This document shows, piece after piece, positions 26,393 to 44,188 of a DNA stretch of 64,000 nucleotides. Position 1 is the first letter of the stretch. Each line of letters opens with the position of its first letter. The DNA is from the human T2T-CHM13v2.0 reference genome, Homo sapiens. The stretch lies in the NCBI RefSeq assembly GCF_009914755.1, contig NC_060946.1; one strand, 5' to 3'. The notes below the pieces were generated by a model. That model was not told the origin of the DNA. It ran no database searches and worked only from the letters and a program-made list of their open reading frames with translations. A program made the translations under genes and the position numbers.

Positions 26393-26953
<561 letters not shown>

Positions 26954-27197
26954 TTCAAGGTCCATGTCTTCTGATTTTTTTCAGTGTTCACTGGTCTAGA
27001 AAAGGTGAGAAGGAGGCTTGATTTTGGTGAATGAATGAAACTTTTACCATTTACTGTTAACTAACTTTAAGATACATATGGGAGAAATGGTTAAAATGGT
27101 ACATTTTATGTTAATATTTTACTGCAATTTTTTTTAAAAAAGATACGTATGGGGAAAAGTTTGTGCACGTACATTTGGGTCTTTAATAGGACTTTTA

Positions 27198-27512
27198 GAC
27201 CAGGTGCAGTGGCTCAAGCCTGTAATCCCAGCAGTTTGGAAGGCTCAGGTGAATGGATCCCTTGAGCCCAGGAGTTTGAGACCAGCCTAGGCAACATAGT
27301 GAGACCCTGTCTCTGTGAAACCCTGTCTCTACAAAAAATAAACCAAAATTAGACAGATGTCGTGTAGTCCTAGCTACTCAAGAGGCTGAGGTGGGAGGAT
27401 CACTTGAGCTGGGAGGTCAGGGTTGCAGTGAGCTGAGATTGTGCCACTGCACTCCAGTCTGGGCAACAGAGCAAGACCCTGTCTCAAAAACAAACAAACA
27501 AACAAACAAAAA
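27198..27512 (+). mobile_element. AluJ-like with (CAAA)n tail
   Basis: Alu consensus. Confidence 0.88.
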
Positions 27513-29933
27513 CACCGTGAAAATGTCCTAAAGAGAAATTCAGCATGGTTCAGTGTACACTACATAAATAGTGCCTGCCTTGGAACTGGCCTATGGTTTG
27601 TTCAACTATGCCTGCAGATGTTGCTTAGAACAAACCGTTGAGAGATCTATTTCTCAGAGGAAAGCCCAGGCAGCAGGTGGCACCAGCCCTGACACAGAAA
27701 AACAGCCAGGAAAAAAAAAAAAAAGAAGAAGAAGAAGAAGAAAACAAACTTCTATGACTTTCCTAACCAGTTAATTTTTATGTCCATGGTTCTGTTGTCA
27801 TATTTAAAGTCGTTTTAAAAAATAACAATGTGCTTAGCATAGCTGATTATTTTGTTTTAATTAAAACATTTCTGAAAAAACAAAATGAAACATTCAAACA
27901 TACCAAGTTGATTGTGCTTGTACTGTGGAACAGTTAATGCAAAACACTTGAGAGAGGCCGGAAGTTTGGATCTGTAGTTTTGCCTTGAGTGTCTGCCGCC
28001 TGAATAAGGACAACATAGGAGGAAGTGAATGTGTCCCTTAGAAAACTACCTGTATAGGTTTGAAGTGAGATCCAGCACCCCCAACGCCACTTGGCAGGTT
28101 ACCTTCTGGCCGGCTCACTGGGCAGCCTTGTCATTGGTGAGAATGATGACTGACATTCCTTCTATATTCAGTTTGACCTTGAGAATCCAGCTGGAACCCG
28201 TAAGTATTAGTCTAGGAGGAGCAGTCTGAGGTCACTCTATTTTTCCTCCCTGTCTTATCTTCATAGTTGTCCTCCCAAGATGGCGGTGCTTCCCTCAACC
28301 CTTACCTCACCTTCTGAGACTTTGTCTGTATTCAGACTGATGAGGGAAAGGAAAGAGGCCATCGCAGAAAAATGTCAGATTGGCGTCCATACACCTCACA
28401 AATAACTACTCCACAGAAACGTGACTTCTCTTCTAAGGGAATTCCTTCCCCCCCTTTTAAATTCTCTTTCTAGGTAAACACCTTCCTAGCCTGCACTTGT
28501 ACCAGTTTAAAGAGGAATGAATGAATTGGGGTGCTAGGGAGCACCTTGGCAGACAAAATGTTTTAGGCCACCTCACACGCAAAGTTGCCTCTCTCCCTGC
28601 ATTTATACAACAGGGCCCTCTCAGAGCTACCCCTCTGCCGGGCCCAGCTTCTAGCTTCCCTTGCCACGGATTTAATCTCTGGCAAGTAGCCAAAGCATTA
28701 AACTTTTATTGTTCAATTTGCCACAAGGGCGGGGCCCTGCTTCTAGTGGGCTGAGGAGGCTGCAGCTGCTTCCAAACCCAAGTGTCACACCACATTAGCA
28801 ACTGCAGACTTTGAGGGCTGGATTTTTTTCAGTTTGGTTAGATTCTTGGTTAGAACCAGAACGGTATACTCACACACAAAATTTTAAAGCTAGGAAATAG
28901 TAAAAACAGTGTAGGCAACTTTTAAAGGTGATTCAGAGCGGCTGTAGCTATCAGCGTGTATGATTGACTCTGCGTGGTTTCTTCACACCTTCCAAACAGA
29001 CATATTAGATGGCTGTACATGTGCCTTAGTGTCCTAAAGTTGGAGGAAAACATGGCAACCAAGTAGTTCTCTTCTAGACTAGTAGGGATTGCTAACCAAT
29101 CCCATCACAGTATGTAAATTACTTGCTGTTGTTCAATCTATAAAAATTCATCTTCAAAGAAAATTATTGGGCTGGTAAAAATATTTTTAATAATGACCAC
29201 AGAAGCCATATTTGTTTTTCTTTGATGTTCTTCCGAAGACCCTTCTGGTTCTAATCAGATTGTTCCCACATAAAATACAGTGGAAATCTACAATAATAAA
29301 ATCCCTATTCCTATGTCTATGGGGAAATAAACAGGATGGGGACTGTCCTTTTAAGGGGCTTTCCCCTTCCCTTTCCCCAGACTCAAAGCCTCTATTACTG
29401 GTGGGTGTTTTGGCATCAGTTAAGGGCCTTCAATCCTTCCCTCCCTCCATGTTTTGCTCTTTCATTAAAGTGTTTCTGTTGTCTAATTATATCCTTTCAA
29501 TCAAATTAGAGACTGTAGCATCTGGTGAGGGCTGTAACTGCTGCCATCTGCACCTCGTCTATACAGGCCTTTTCAGCTGAGAATCACTCAACTTCCAAAT
29601 GGCAGGAAGAGATTTGGAAAAAGTTTAGTTGGAGGGGAGATTAACTTAAAAGGAGTGTCTTCAAAGGCTGGGTGCGATGCCCTGCTTGCTGTGATGTGTG
29701 CATGGCCATGCAGAGCTTCACTGGCCTGGCTCACCAAAGATTCTTCCCTAGCGCTTCTGGCAGATGAAGGGTTTTTGGTTGTCTTAGCTGAAATGACTAG
29801 GCCTTCTTTGTTAGGGGCTTGGAGGGGGCCAGGGGCTGAGCTGAGAAAGTCTCCCTTGAGAACAATCTTTAGTTATATGACCACTGGTTAATGGGTGTGA
29901 CACTTTCTGTTTATTTGACCATTTCTTCTAACT

Positions 29934-30146
29934 CAGTGATTTCAACTGGAGGAGATTTTGCCCCCAGGGGACATTTTGCAATACTTGGAGACATTTTGGC
30001 TGTCACAACTAAAGAGGTACTACTGGCATCTAGCCGGTAGAGGCCAGGGATGCTGCTGCTAAACATCCTAGAATGCACAGGAGAGGCCCCACGCCAAAGA
30101 GTTATACAGCCCAAAATGTCAGTAGCACTGAGGTTGAGAAACCCCG
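29934..30146 (+). mobile_element. MER20 hAT-Charlie element
   Basis: GATTTTGCCCCCAGGGGACATTT...CTGGCATCTAG...GAGGTTGAGAAACCC matches recalled MER20 consensus. Confidence 0.85.
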
Positions 30147-30179
30147 TCCTGATTGTATTATTTTTTTGTCCTTCTTTTT

Positions 30180-30381
30180 TTTTTTTTTTTTTTTTTTAGC
30201 GTCAAGCTTTCCTGTTACCAGCAATGAATTTTTTTTTTTATACTTTAAGTTTTAGGGTACATGTGCACAACGTGCAGGTTAGTTACATATGTATACATGT
30301 GCCATGTTGGTGTGCTGCACCCATTAACTTGTCATTTAACATTAGGTATATCTCCTAATGCTATCCCTCCCCACTCCCCCC
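30180..30381 (-). mobile_element. 5'-truncated L1PA (approx. L1PA3-5) 3' end with 31-nt 3' transduction
   Basis: TATACTTTAAGTTTTAGGGTACATGTGCACAACGTGCAGG L1PA 3'UTR; TSD GTCCTTCTTTTT at 30168 and 30382. Confidence 0.9.
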
Positions 30382-30564
30382 GTCCTTCTTTTTACTGTTA
30401 GTTGCCTGCCTAGGAACAGTTGATTCTGATCAGCATCTTTTTTCACTCTTAAGCAGATTCTTCATTATCCACATCTAACCTCTTTAAGCATTTCTGTGGA
30501 CAGTGTTTCAGAAACCTTAATTCAGTAAGGGGGTCTGTGATTCACTGTGTCTTTTTATTCTCTC

Positions 30565-30758
30565 TAGAGTACAATTGTCAGATACATTACAGGATGCCCA
30601 ATTAAGTTTGAGATTCAGACAAACACCAAAGAATTTTTAATTAAAGTCTGTTTCATGCAATGTTTAGGAATACTTGTCTTAAAAAATTCTTTGATGTTTA
30701 TCTGAAATTCAAATTTAACTGAGAATTCTGTTTTTATTTGTCAAATCTGGCAACCCTA
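30565..30758. mobile_element. MER53 palindromic MITE-like DNA element
   Basis: Ends in AAATCTGGCAACCCTA; internal TTTATCTGAAATTCAAATTTAACTG; self-complementary layout. Confidence 0.75.
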
Positions 30759-32733
30759 ATCGAGCTTCATGGAACACTCCATGAAACTTTAAAGCTTTGA
30801 CAATCAGAATTAATCTGTTGGCCACTATTTGCTCTTATTCTTATTGCTCCAAGTGACTAGAGATGATGGTTCCATCTACTTATAAATGAGTGTTACACTG
30901 AGCCTTTCCTTCTGCCCTAAACTGTCTCCCTGGCCAGACCTTATGAAACCCATCTCTTGAGTCATATTTTTATGTTGGGACCAATTAACAAGTACTTATC
31001 AAATTCCTCCTGTGTGCCCAGCATCTCTGATTAGGACTTATCCCTGTGCCAATTGACAGAAGGCTACAACTTTGTTGCTTCGAGTTTGACTTTGAAATGT
31101 GCTCTAGAGATATATGGTCTACCTGGTATCAGCTCCCCACTCAGGAGCTCTTATATTATTTGTCTATCCCATATCAGCCAAGGGAAACTGAAAAGCCCAG
31201 AGTCTGGCTTCCATGGAGTATTGGCTGCCCTCCAGGACTCTATTATTGGGGAATTTTCTTGCCATCTGACATTAAAAATAGGTCACAGGCATTACTAACA
31301 AAACTTGTCTAGAAGCTGGATTATATCAGTTTATCTCCTTTTCATCTAACTGAGACCTTCAGACAACATGGAAAAAGGTTGCTCAAGTGATAGTGAGGCA
31401 AGGCGTAGATTTGAGCTGGGTGCCTCCTGCTTAAAGCAAACTAAGAATATAAAATTCATATTTTTATTTTATTTTATTTTATTTTATTTTTTAGATGGAG
31501 TCTCGCTCTGTTGCCCAGGCTGGAGGGCAGTGGCACTCCTGGCCTCAAGTAATCCTCCCACCTTGGCCTCCCAAAGTACTGGGATTACAAGGGTGAGCCA
31601 CTGCACCCAGCCCCCATCCATTTCCTTTAAATAGCAGAGTCTCTGGTTTAAATAGCAAATATTTGATTTCCTTGATTTACATAAACTTGTACTTGATTTA
31701 CATGAACTTTCCTAGAACTTCTCATAGGTATTGCTAGGTAAGTCTTGAGGCTGGCCTAGGAGGAATACATTGGTGAGGAAACTAATGCACCCTGAATGTA
31801 TCTGTAATGGAGCTTTCCCCTAGCCCCTCATTCACCAGCTTCCCTCTTTCAACAGACACTTAGCCAGGCACCTTCTATGTGGTCTGTAGTTGCTGAGAAT
31901 ACAAAGGTGAGTAAGATGCTCACAGGCTATTGGAAACAGGGCTATGTGCTTCCTGAGCAGTTACACTTCAAGGTAATCAAGTCCTTTAAGAGCTGTGGCA
32001 GCAGGCACTGTGACTTGTTTCAAAACCCCTGGTTTCTATAGAAGTTAGTGCTACCTATTCTAGACCCTGAGCCTTCAAATAGTTCGCCTTTTGTTTTTTT
32101 GTTTTCTTTAGAGCTGGCTTATAATGAGCTGAGGTATTGTCCATCAGCAAGCTGAAGTTTCAGCTTTAAAATATCTCACGTTTCCTGTATCCTTATGTGA
32201 AAACTTTTTTTGAGACAAGGTCTCACTCTGTCACCCAGGCATGATTACAGCTCACTGCAGACTCAAGACAGACCCTTGCCCCAGCCTCCCGAGTAGCTGG
32301 GAGGTACCTGCCGCCACGCCTGGCTAATTTTTAAAAAATATTTTTTGTAGAGACAGCGTTTCGCTATGTTGCCAAGTCTATGAAAACTTTATAGTATGAA
32401 ATTTTATTTCAAGATTCAGGAAGATATTTATGAATAAATATCTAAGGTAGATTTATTTGTACTCACATATTACATTGAGAGATAGATGCTTTACATCACC
32501 AAAGTATAATAGAATATATTCTATTGGTATTGGAAGTAAAATCCATCAAGGTGCTTTGGTTAATAAATGAAATATTTTTCTTAGAGTTCTGCTGAGTCAG
32601 TGACTTTTGACTATTTGAATGAGTCCATTCTTTAACTGAAGTTTAATCTCTACATATTATAGACCTGAATGCTGATAGGTTAATGGACATTTTTTTCTCA
32701 AAAAGTGTCTTTTGGACTTCAATTTGATGGTTG

Positions 32734-33669
<936 letters not shown>

Positions 33670-34469
33670 TATGGGTTTATAATATGGTAAATGATAAATA
33701 AAAATTCCTGAACACTAATGCATATTCAGGATGACTATTCCTGGCAGAAACACACATGCTTCACAGTGACAAGCATGGCATGTTTTCCAGGGGGCCCTGC
33801 CTGGGTAGGAGTGGAGCATATGCAAGATGAGAGCCAGATGGGAAAAGAGTGGTACCCAAGCCACTGCATTCTGGACCTTCTCTGCCTTGATAATTATTTG
33901 TTTTTTGAATTTTTATTTAACAAATAAGGCCTTCTCTCCGAAGCGTTTTCATGGTTCTTCTGAATTCAAACATCTGGTCTTATGCTTACCCTGTAAGTTC
34001 AGTTTTTCTTGTAATGGTCTTTTAAGTAATTAAATATTTCATCTCTTAGTAGAGATAGATAAACTGGAGATTCAAATAGAAGACCTCATGTCCCCTTCCA
34101 AAAGTATAAATTCTTTAGTTAAAGTATCTTTGAGAGGCATGGCCTTTCCTTCCGTACTGTTTTTAAGGGCACCGTCTCCTTAAATGGAAAAGAAGATCTA
34201 AAAGGTATTTTAATGAAAAAGCTACTAGTACATAAAACATTACAGTGATTTTTGTTGTGGTAATTCCACTTTGGGCAAAAGGGCAGCTCGTTCTATGGTC
34301 ATTTGGCACTGTTAACACATAATCCAAGAACGTGATATATGAGTATCAATTTTGATTTTAGATGGCTAACTTTATGGCCGAATTTGTTTATAGTTCTTGA
34401 AAAAAGGCTAAGGTAGATTAATTTCAAAATAACATGTTGGTAACTATTTTCAAGATGTTCTTTGAAAAA

Positions 34470-34925
34470 TTTTTTATTATGGGAAATTTAGGACACAAAT
34501 AGAGAAGAGAGTATAAGGAAGTCCCATGTATCTATCTCCCGACTCCCACAATTATTAACCATGGCTAATGTTATTTCATCTATACCCTCTTCATTCCCCT
34601 TACTACATTATTTTGTAACCAATTTCAGATATGTCACCTCATCTGTAAACATTTTAGTATGTATCTCTAAATGCTAAGGATTCCTTTCAAAAACATAGTA
34701 ATAGTACCATTATTACACGTAGAAAAAAAAACAATAATTCCTTAATGCCATCAAATATCCAGTCAATGTTCAGATGTTCCTGATTGTCTTATTAGTATTT
34801 TTTACACTTCAGTCAGGATCTAAACAAGGTGTATTTAGGTAATGTGAGTCCTAAATCTCTATTAAGCCTTAGATTTCCCCTTTTTTTCTTTTCTTGCAAT
34901 TTACTTGTTGAAGATGTAGTTTCTT
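34470..34925 (-). mobile_element. Old L1M (L1MC-like) 3'-end fragment
   Basis: AT-rich sequence resembling L1MC 3'UTR; by eye. Confidence 0.55.
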
Positions 34926-34948
34926 TTAAGCAAGAAGAATGCCTAAGT

Positions 34949-37891
<2,943 letters not shown>

Positions 37892-38239
37892 CAGAATAAC
37901 CTCAGTTATCATGATGCTTATAATATTTCTAAGCTTATATAAAGTTTGATTATTTTTATACCTTTATGATTATACAATAATAATTTTTGAATACCTACTA
38001 TGTACCGAGTACTTTACTTGCACACGTTCCAATTCTTCCAACTGCCCTGAGCTGTAGATAATCAAATCTCTCATTTTGCAAGTCAAGAAACTGAGGCTCA
38101 AAGAGGTTAGGCAAGTGTTTGTAGCTTGTAAACTGAAAAGCTGAGGTCTGGCTCTAGAGCCCCTAACATACGCTTTCCATACTCTACCACATTGTTGCTA
38201 GAAGTTGTGTGATAAAGAAAAAAAAATTACTGAAAAAGT

Positions 38240-39418
38240 TTTCCTAGCTTTTCTCCTACCCCACAGGCTGTACTTTCTCAGTCATCATTGCCAAGTGTGG
38301 TATGTTGGAGGGCCCCAGGGCTCAGCCCCAGATGTTGGGGCTGATACACACAGTATCCTATTCTCTCTACACGTAAGTGCTGGGGACCATATTTCTAGCT
38401 TTAGCCTCAGCCTTTTTCCTCAACTCCAGACTCATGTAGCCATTTGCGTACTCTACATCTCCACTCAGTTTTCTGAAGATGTCAAGTTTAACCTATCCAA
38501 AACCAAACTCTTAATTCTACCCCAAAACACTCTGACCTTCCTGAGCCCTCCCTATTACAGTAAATGGTATCACTACTCGCTGGTTGCTCAGGCCCCTTTG
38601 GTGTGCTGTGTGACCCATCTGTCTCTCAGACCCTGTATCCAAACCCCCAGCAAATACTTTTGCCACTACCTTCAAAATATATCTGGAATCGGTCCACTTC
38701 TCACCACCCCACAGCTGCCAGCCTAGTCCAGGCCATCCTTGTTTCTCGCCCATCCTTCTACAGTAACTACCTACTTTTCTCCCTGCCTAGGTCCTGCCTT
38801 TCAGTTGTTTTTCCTCCACCCAACAGCTAGACAATTCTATTAAAAGATAAGTCACAAAAATGAATAAATAAAAATAAAGATAAGTCACATTATGTCATTC
38901 CCCTGCTCTAAACCCTCCAGTGGCTTCCCCTTACACTTAGAACAAAAGCCAAAATCTCATTTATCTAACCCTCAAGACCTTACACATCCTGACCTTGCCT
39001 GCCCTTCCCTGCTCATTCTCCTGCTCCAGTCAGATTAGAGGAGCAGCTTTGTAGCTCCCCAAATCTGCCAAACATATTGCCATTTGCAGGGGCTTTGCAT
39101 TTGCTGGACCCTCTGCCAGTTACACACCTGCCGCCTCGTTCACTGGGTTTGCTTCCTCCCTTCATCCACATCTCTGCTCACTAGGCTTTCCCTGACCCAC
39201 CCTAGGAGAGAACCCTCACCATTCCATCGTACTCCCTTTACTCTGCTTCATTCCTTCTAATAGCACTTATCACTATCTGATGTTCATTTTGATCAGTTTA
39301 TTATAAACATGTAAGCTCCATGAATACAGGATATTTGTTCATCTCTGTAGCCCCAGTGCTGTGAACAGTGCCAGGCACATAGTATTGAATAAATATTTGC
39401 TGAACTAATTAATGAATA
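38240..39418 (+). mobile_element. L2 (L2a-like) 3' portion
   Basis: CTCCAGACTCATGTAGCCA...AAACCCTCCAGTGGCTTCCC...GTGCCAGGCACATAGT...AATAAATATTTGCTGAA L2 3' end. Confidence 0.85.
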
Positions 39419-39581
39419 ATTTCCTAGACATTAGATCTCTTGCTTTCACTCATTCTCTTTTCACTGAATACGTAAATAAACAGTTGGCTCTGTGTGTGTG
39501 TGTTTCTTACTGGTTTAAGCCGCTCCTTGCTTATTTAGCCAAAGCTTACATCAGTTTCGTAGCAGTAGAAAATAAGGGAGG

Positions 39582-39927
39582 CTGGGAGCTACATGATAGA
39601 CCTTATGAACACAAAGAAGGAAACAGCAGACACTGGGGTCTACTTGAGGGTGGAGGGTGGGAGGAGGGAGATCAGCAGGAAGATAACTGTTGGGTACCTG
39701 GGTGATGAAATAATCTGTACAACACACCCCTGTGACATGAGTTTACCTGTGTAACAAGCCTTCACATGTACCCCTGAACCCAAAATAAAAGTTAAAAAAC
39801 TTAACATGATCACGATAGAAAACAGTGTGGAGGTTCCTCAAATGATTCAAAATAGAATGACCATATTCTAGCAATCTCAGTTCTAGGTATATATTCAAAG
39901 GAAATAAAATCACTGTTTTGAAGAAAA
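39582..39927 (+). mobile_element. 5'-truncated old L1PA (approx. L1PA13-16) with ~125 bp 3' transduction of older L1M sequence
   Basis: L1 3' end ...CCCCTGAACCCAAAATAAAAGTTAAAAAA at ~39799; TSD AAAATAAGGGAGG at 39569 and 39928. Confidence 0.8.
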
Positions 39928-40239
39928 AAAATAAGGGAGGTAGGGTCCTATTTACCTAACATACACCCTAGTACTCTGATGAAATCAAGATGCGCTAGAT
40001 GACTTTAAATGCAGAGCATTCGAGTTGGTTTCCCTTGCTTTTCTCTGTAATTGATAAGTACTGGGCAAGTCTGGTCAAAAAACAATCACAGAATCTGATA
40101 CACTGCCTCAGTTTCACCAGTGTAACTGAGAACAAGATTGGGTCTGAGAGGAACAGACCCAAGCAAAGAAGCCTGCACTTTCCCATTTCCACTCTCAGAT
40201 GCCATCTCGTCTCCATGAGGACTGTCATGTGTGTGCATT

Positions 40240-42303
<2,064 letters not shown>

Positions 42304-43527
42304 TTATTTTGGCTATCCATAAAATGGTGCCATTCCAGACAAAACACAGGGCCTGGATGGTCAGAGGAAGGAGGTGCTGGAAGAGAGATGTTCTGTGGAT
42401 AGTTTGAAGTATTAAAAGAAATATCTGCCAGAATGTGTTCATGTTGTTCACACGCTTAGACTGGAGTAGGCACATGGATGACAACAGGAGATGGCATTAA
42501 GAGTCCTTAATACTGGAAGTTATAGGTCAGTGCATGCCAGGAGAAGGAAAGAAATGCAGCTAAGAATGCTAGTGTAACTCCCCCAGGTTGTCAGTTTTCT
42601 AATGATATATCTTAAAGAAGTGTTTGAAGTGCTTCTGTCAGTTTCAACTAAGCTAATTTTAAAAAATTGTTCTTTGTACTGTGCCTGTCTCATGAACCTC
42701 TTCGAGTTTAATGCATGCAATATGTGGGTGAAAATCCTATCAGCCTCAGTCCCCATCCCCCAAAGTCTGAGAAGCAGATTTTAGAAACACATTGTTGCAC
42801 CTGTGAGGATTTGTCATTTTATTAAATTGGACCTGAGACCATTTTCAATGTGCCTCATCAAAAGAATTTCAGAAAGAGGTGAGAGAAAATGCCAGCCCGG
42901 CCCTTCCTCCCTCATGTTGACTGTCTGTTTTGTTCCACCTCTATCTCAAACAGCATGGGGAGGACTGTTCTTCATTACCAGGGAATGTGAGTCATTCCCA
43001 GATTTGTGTGATTGGGATTCCAAAGCATTGCTGTATCCGATGATCTTATTAAATCCAAGTGTCAGTGCAGCCTTTCAGACTGTAGGGAAGAGCTCAGTTA
43101 CAGCTGGTGACCTGGTTCCAGTTACCACACAGAGCCACTGGCGAGAGCAGTGACCCCCTCAGAGTATCCAGAATTCCACATGGATGGCTGTTACCAACTG
43201 TTCCCAGATTTAGGGGTTTCCTGGTTCACTTCATGGGCTTCAGTACACTTCAGCTCCCTGTTTATTTCCTAGTTGGGATCTGTATACTTTAGGGGAAAAT
43301 GTTCTAGTGTCTGTAGACAAGCTAGTGCCAAGATTAGCCTAGCTTTTTGAGGGTACCTTGTTTCAGATTTATTCAGCCCCAGAAGTGTTAACTGCACTGT
43401 GTCCAGGATCTAGCAAGACACTATCCATTTCCAGCTTGGTCCAAACAAAACAAAACATCAACCAAAGAGGGAGGAAACCATGAATGTTGCCAGAAAATTA
43501 GTTTGCTCTGTCTTTTTTTTCTTCTAG

Positions 43528-43690
43528 AGTGTTTCACAGCCAATGGTGCGGATTATAGGGGAACACAGAACTGGACAGCACTACAAGGCGGGAAGCCATG
43601 TCTGTTTTGGAACGAGACTTTCCAGCATCCATACAACACTCTGAAATACCCCAACGGGGAGGGGGGCCTGGGTGAGCACAACTATTGCAG
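43528..43690 (+). CDS. KREMEN1: KREMEN1 exon 2 (kringle domain N-terminal part ECFTANGADYRG...GEHNYCR)
   Basis: Acceptor TTCTAG|, donor CAG|GTAAGA; kringle motifs GADYRG and NYCR; phase 1/2. Confidence 0.97.
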
Positions 43691-43790
43691 GTAAGATGGG
43701 GCCACTCAGTACTTTAAAAAGATAGATATATATCTAGTCTCTTCTTCCAACCCCTTTCATCCCAGCTCACAACTAGGGAAAGTCTTTTGA

Positions 43791-44188
<398 letters not shown>

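Noticed and set aside
38205-38726. 173-aa ORF
   Set aside because: Lies in an L2 element (remnant of its reverse transcriptase ORF, e.g. FNLSKTKLLIL)
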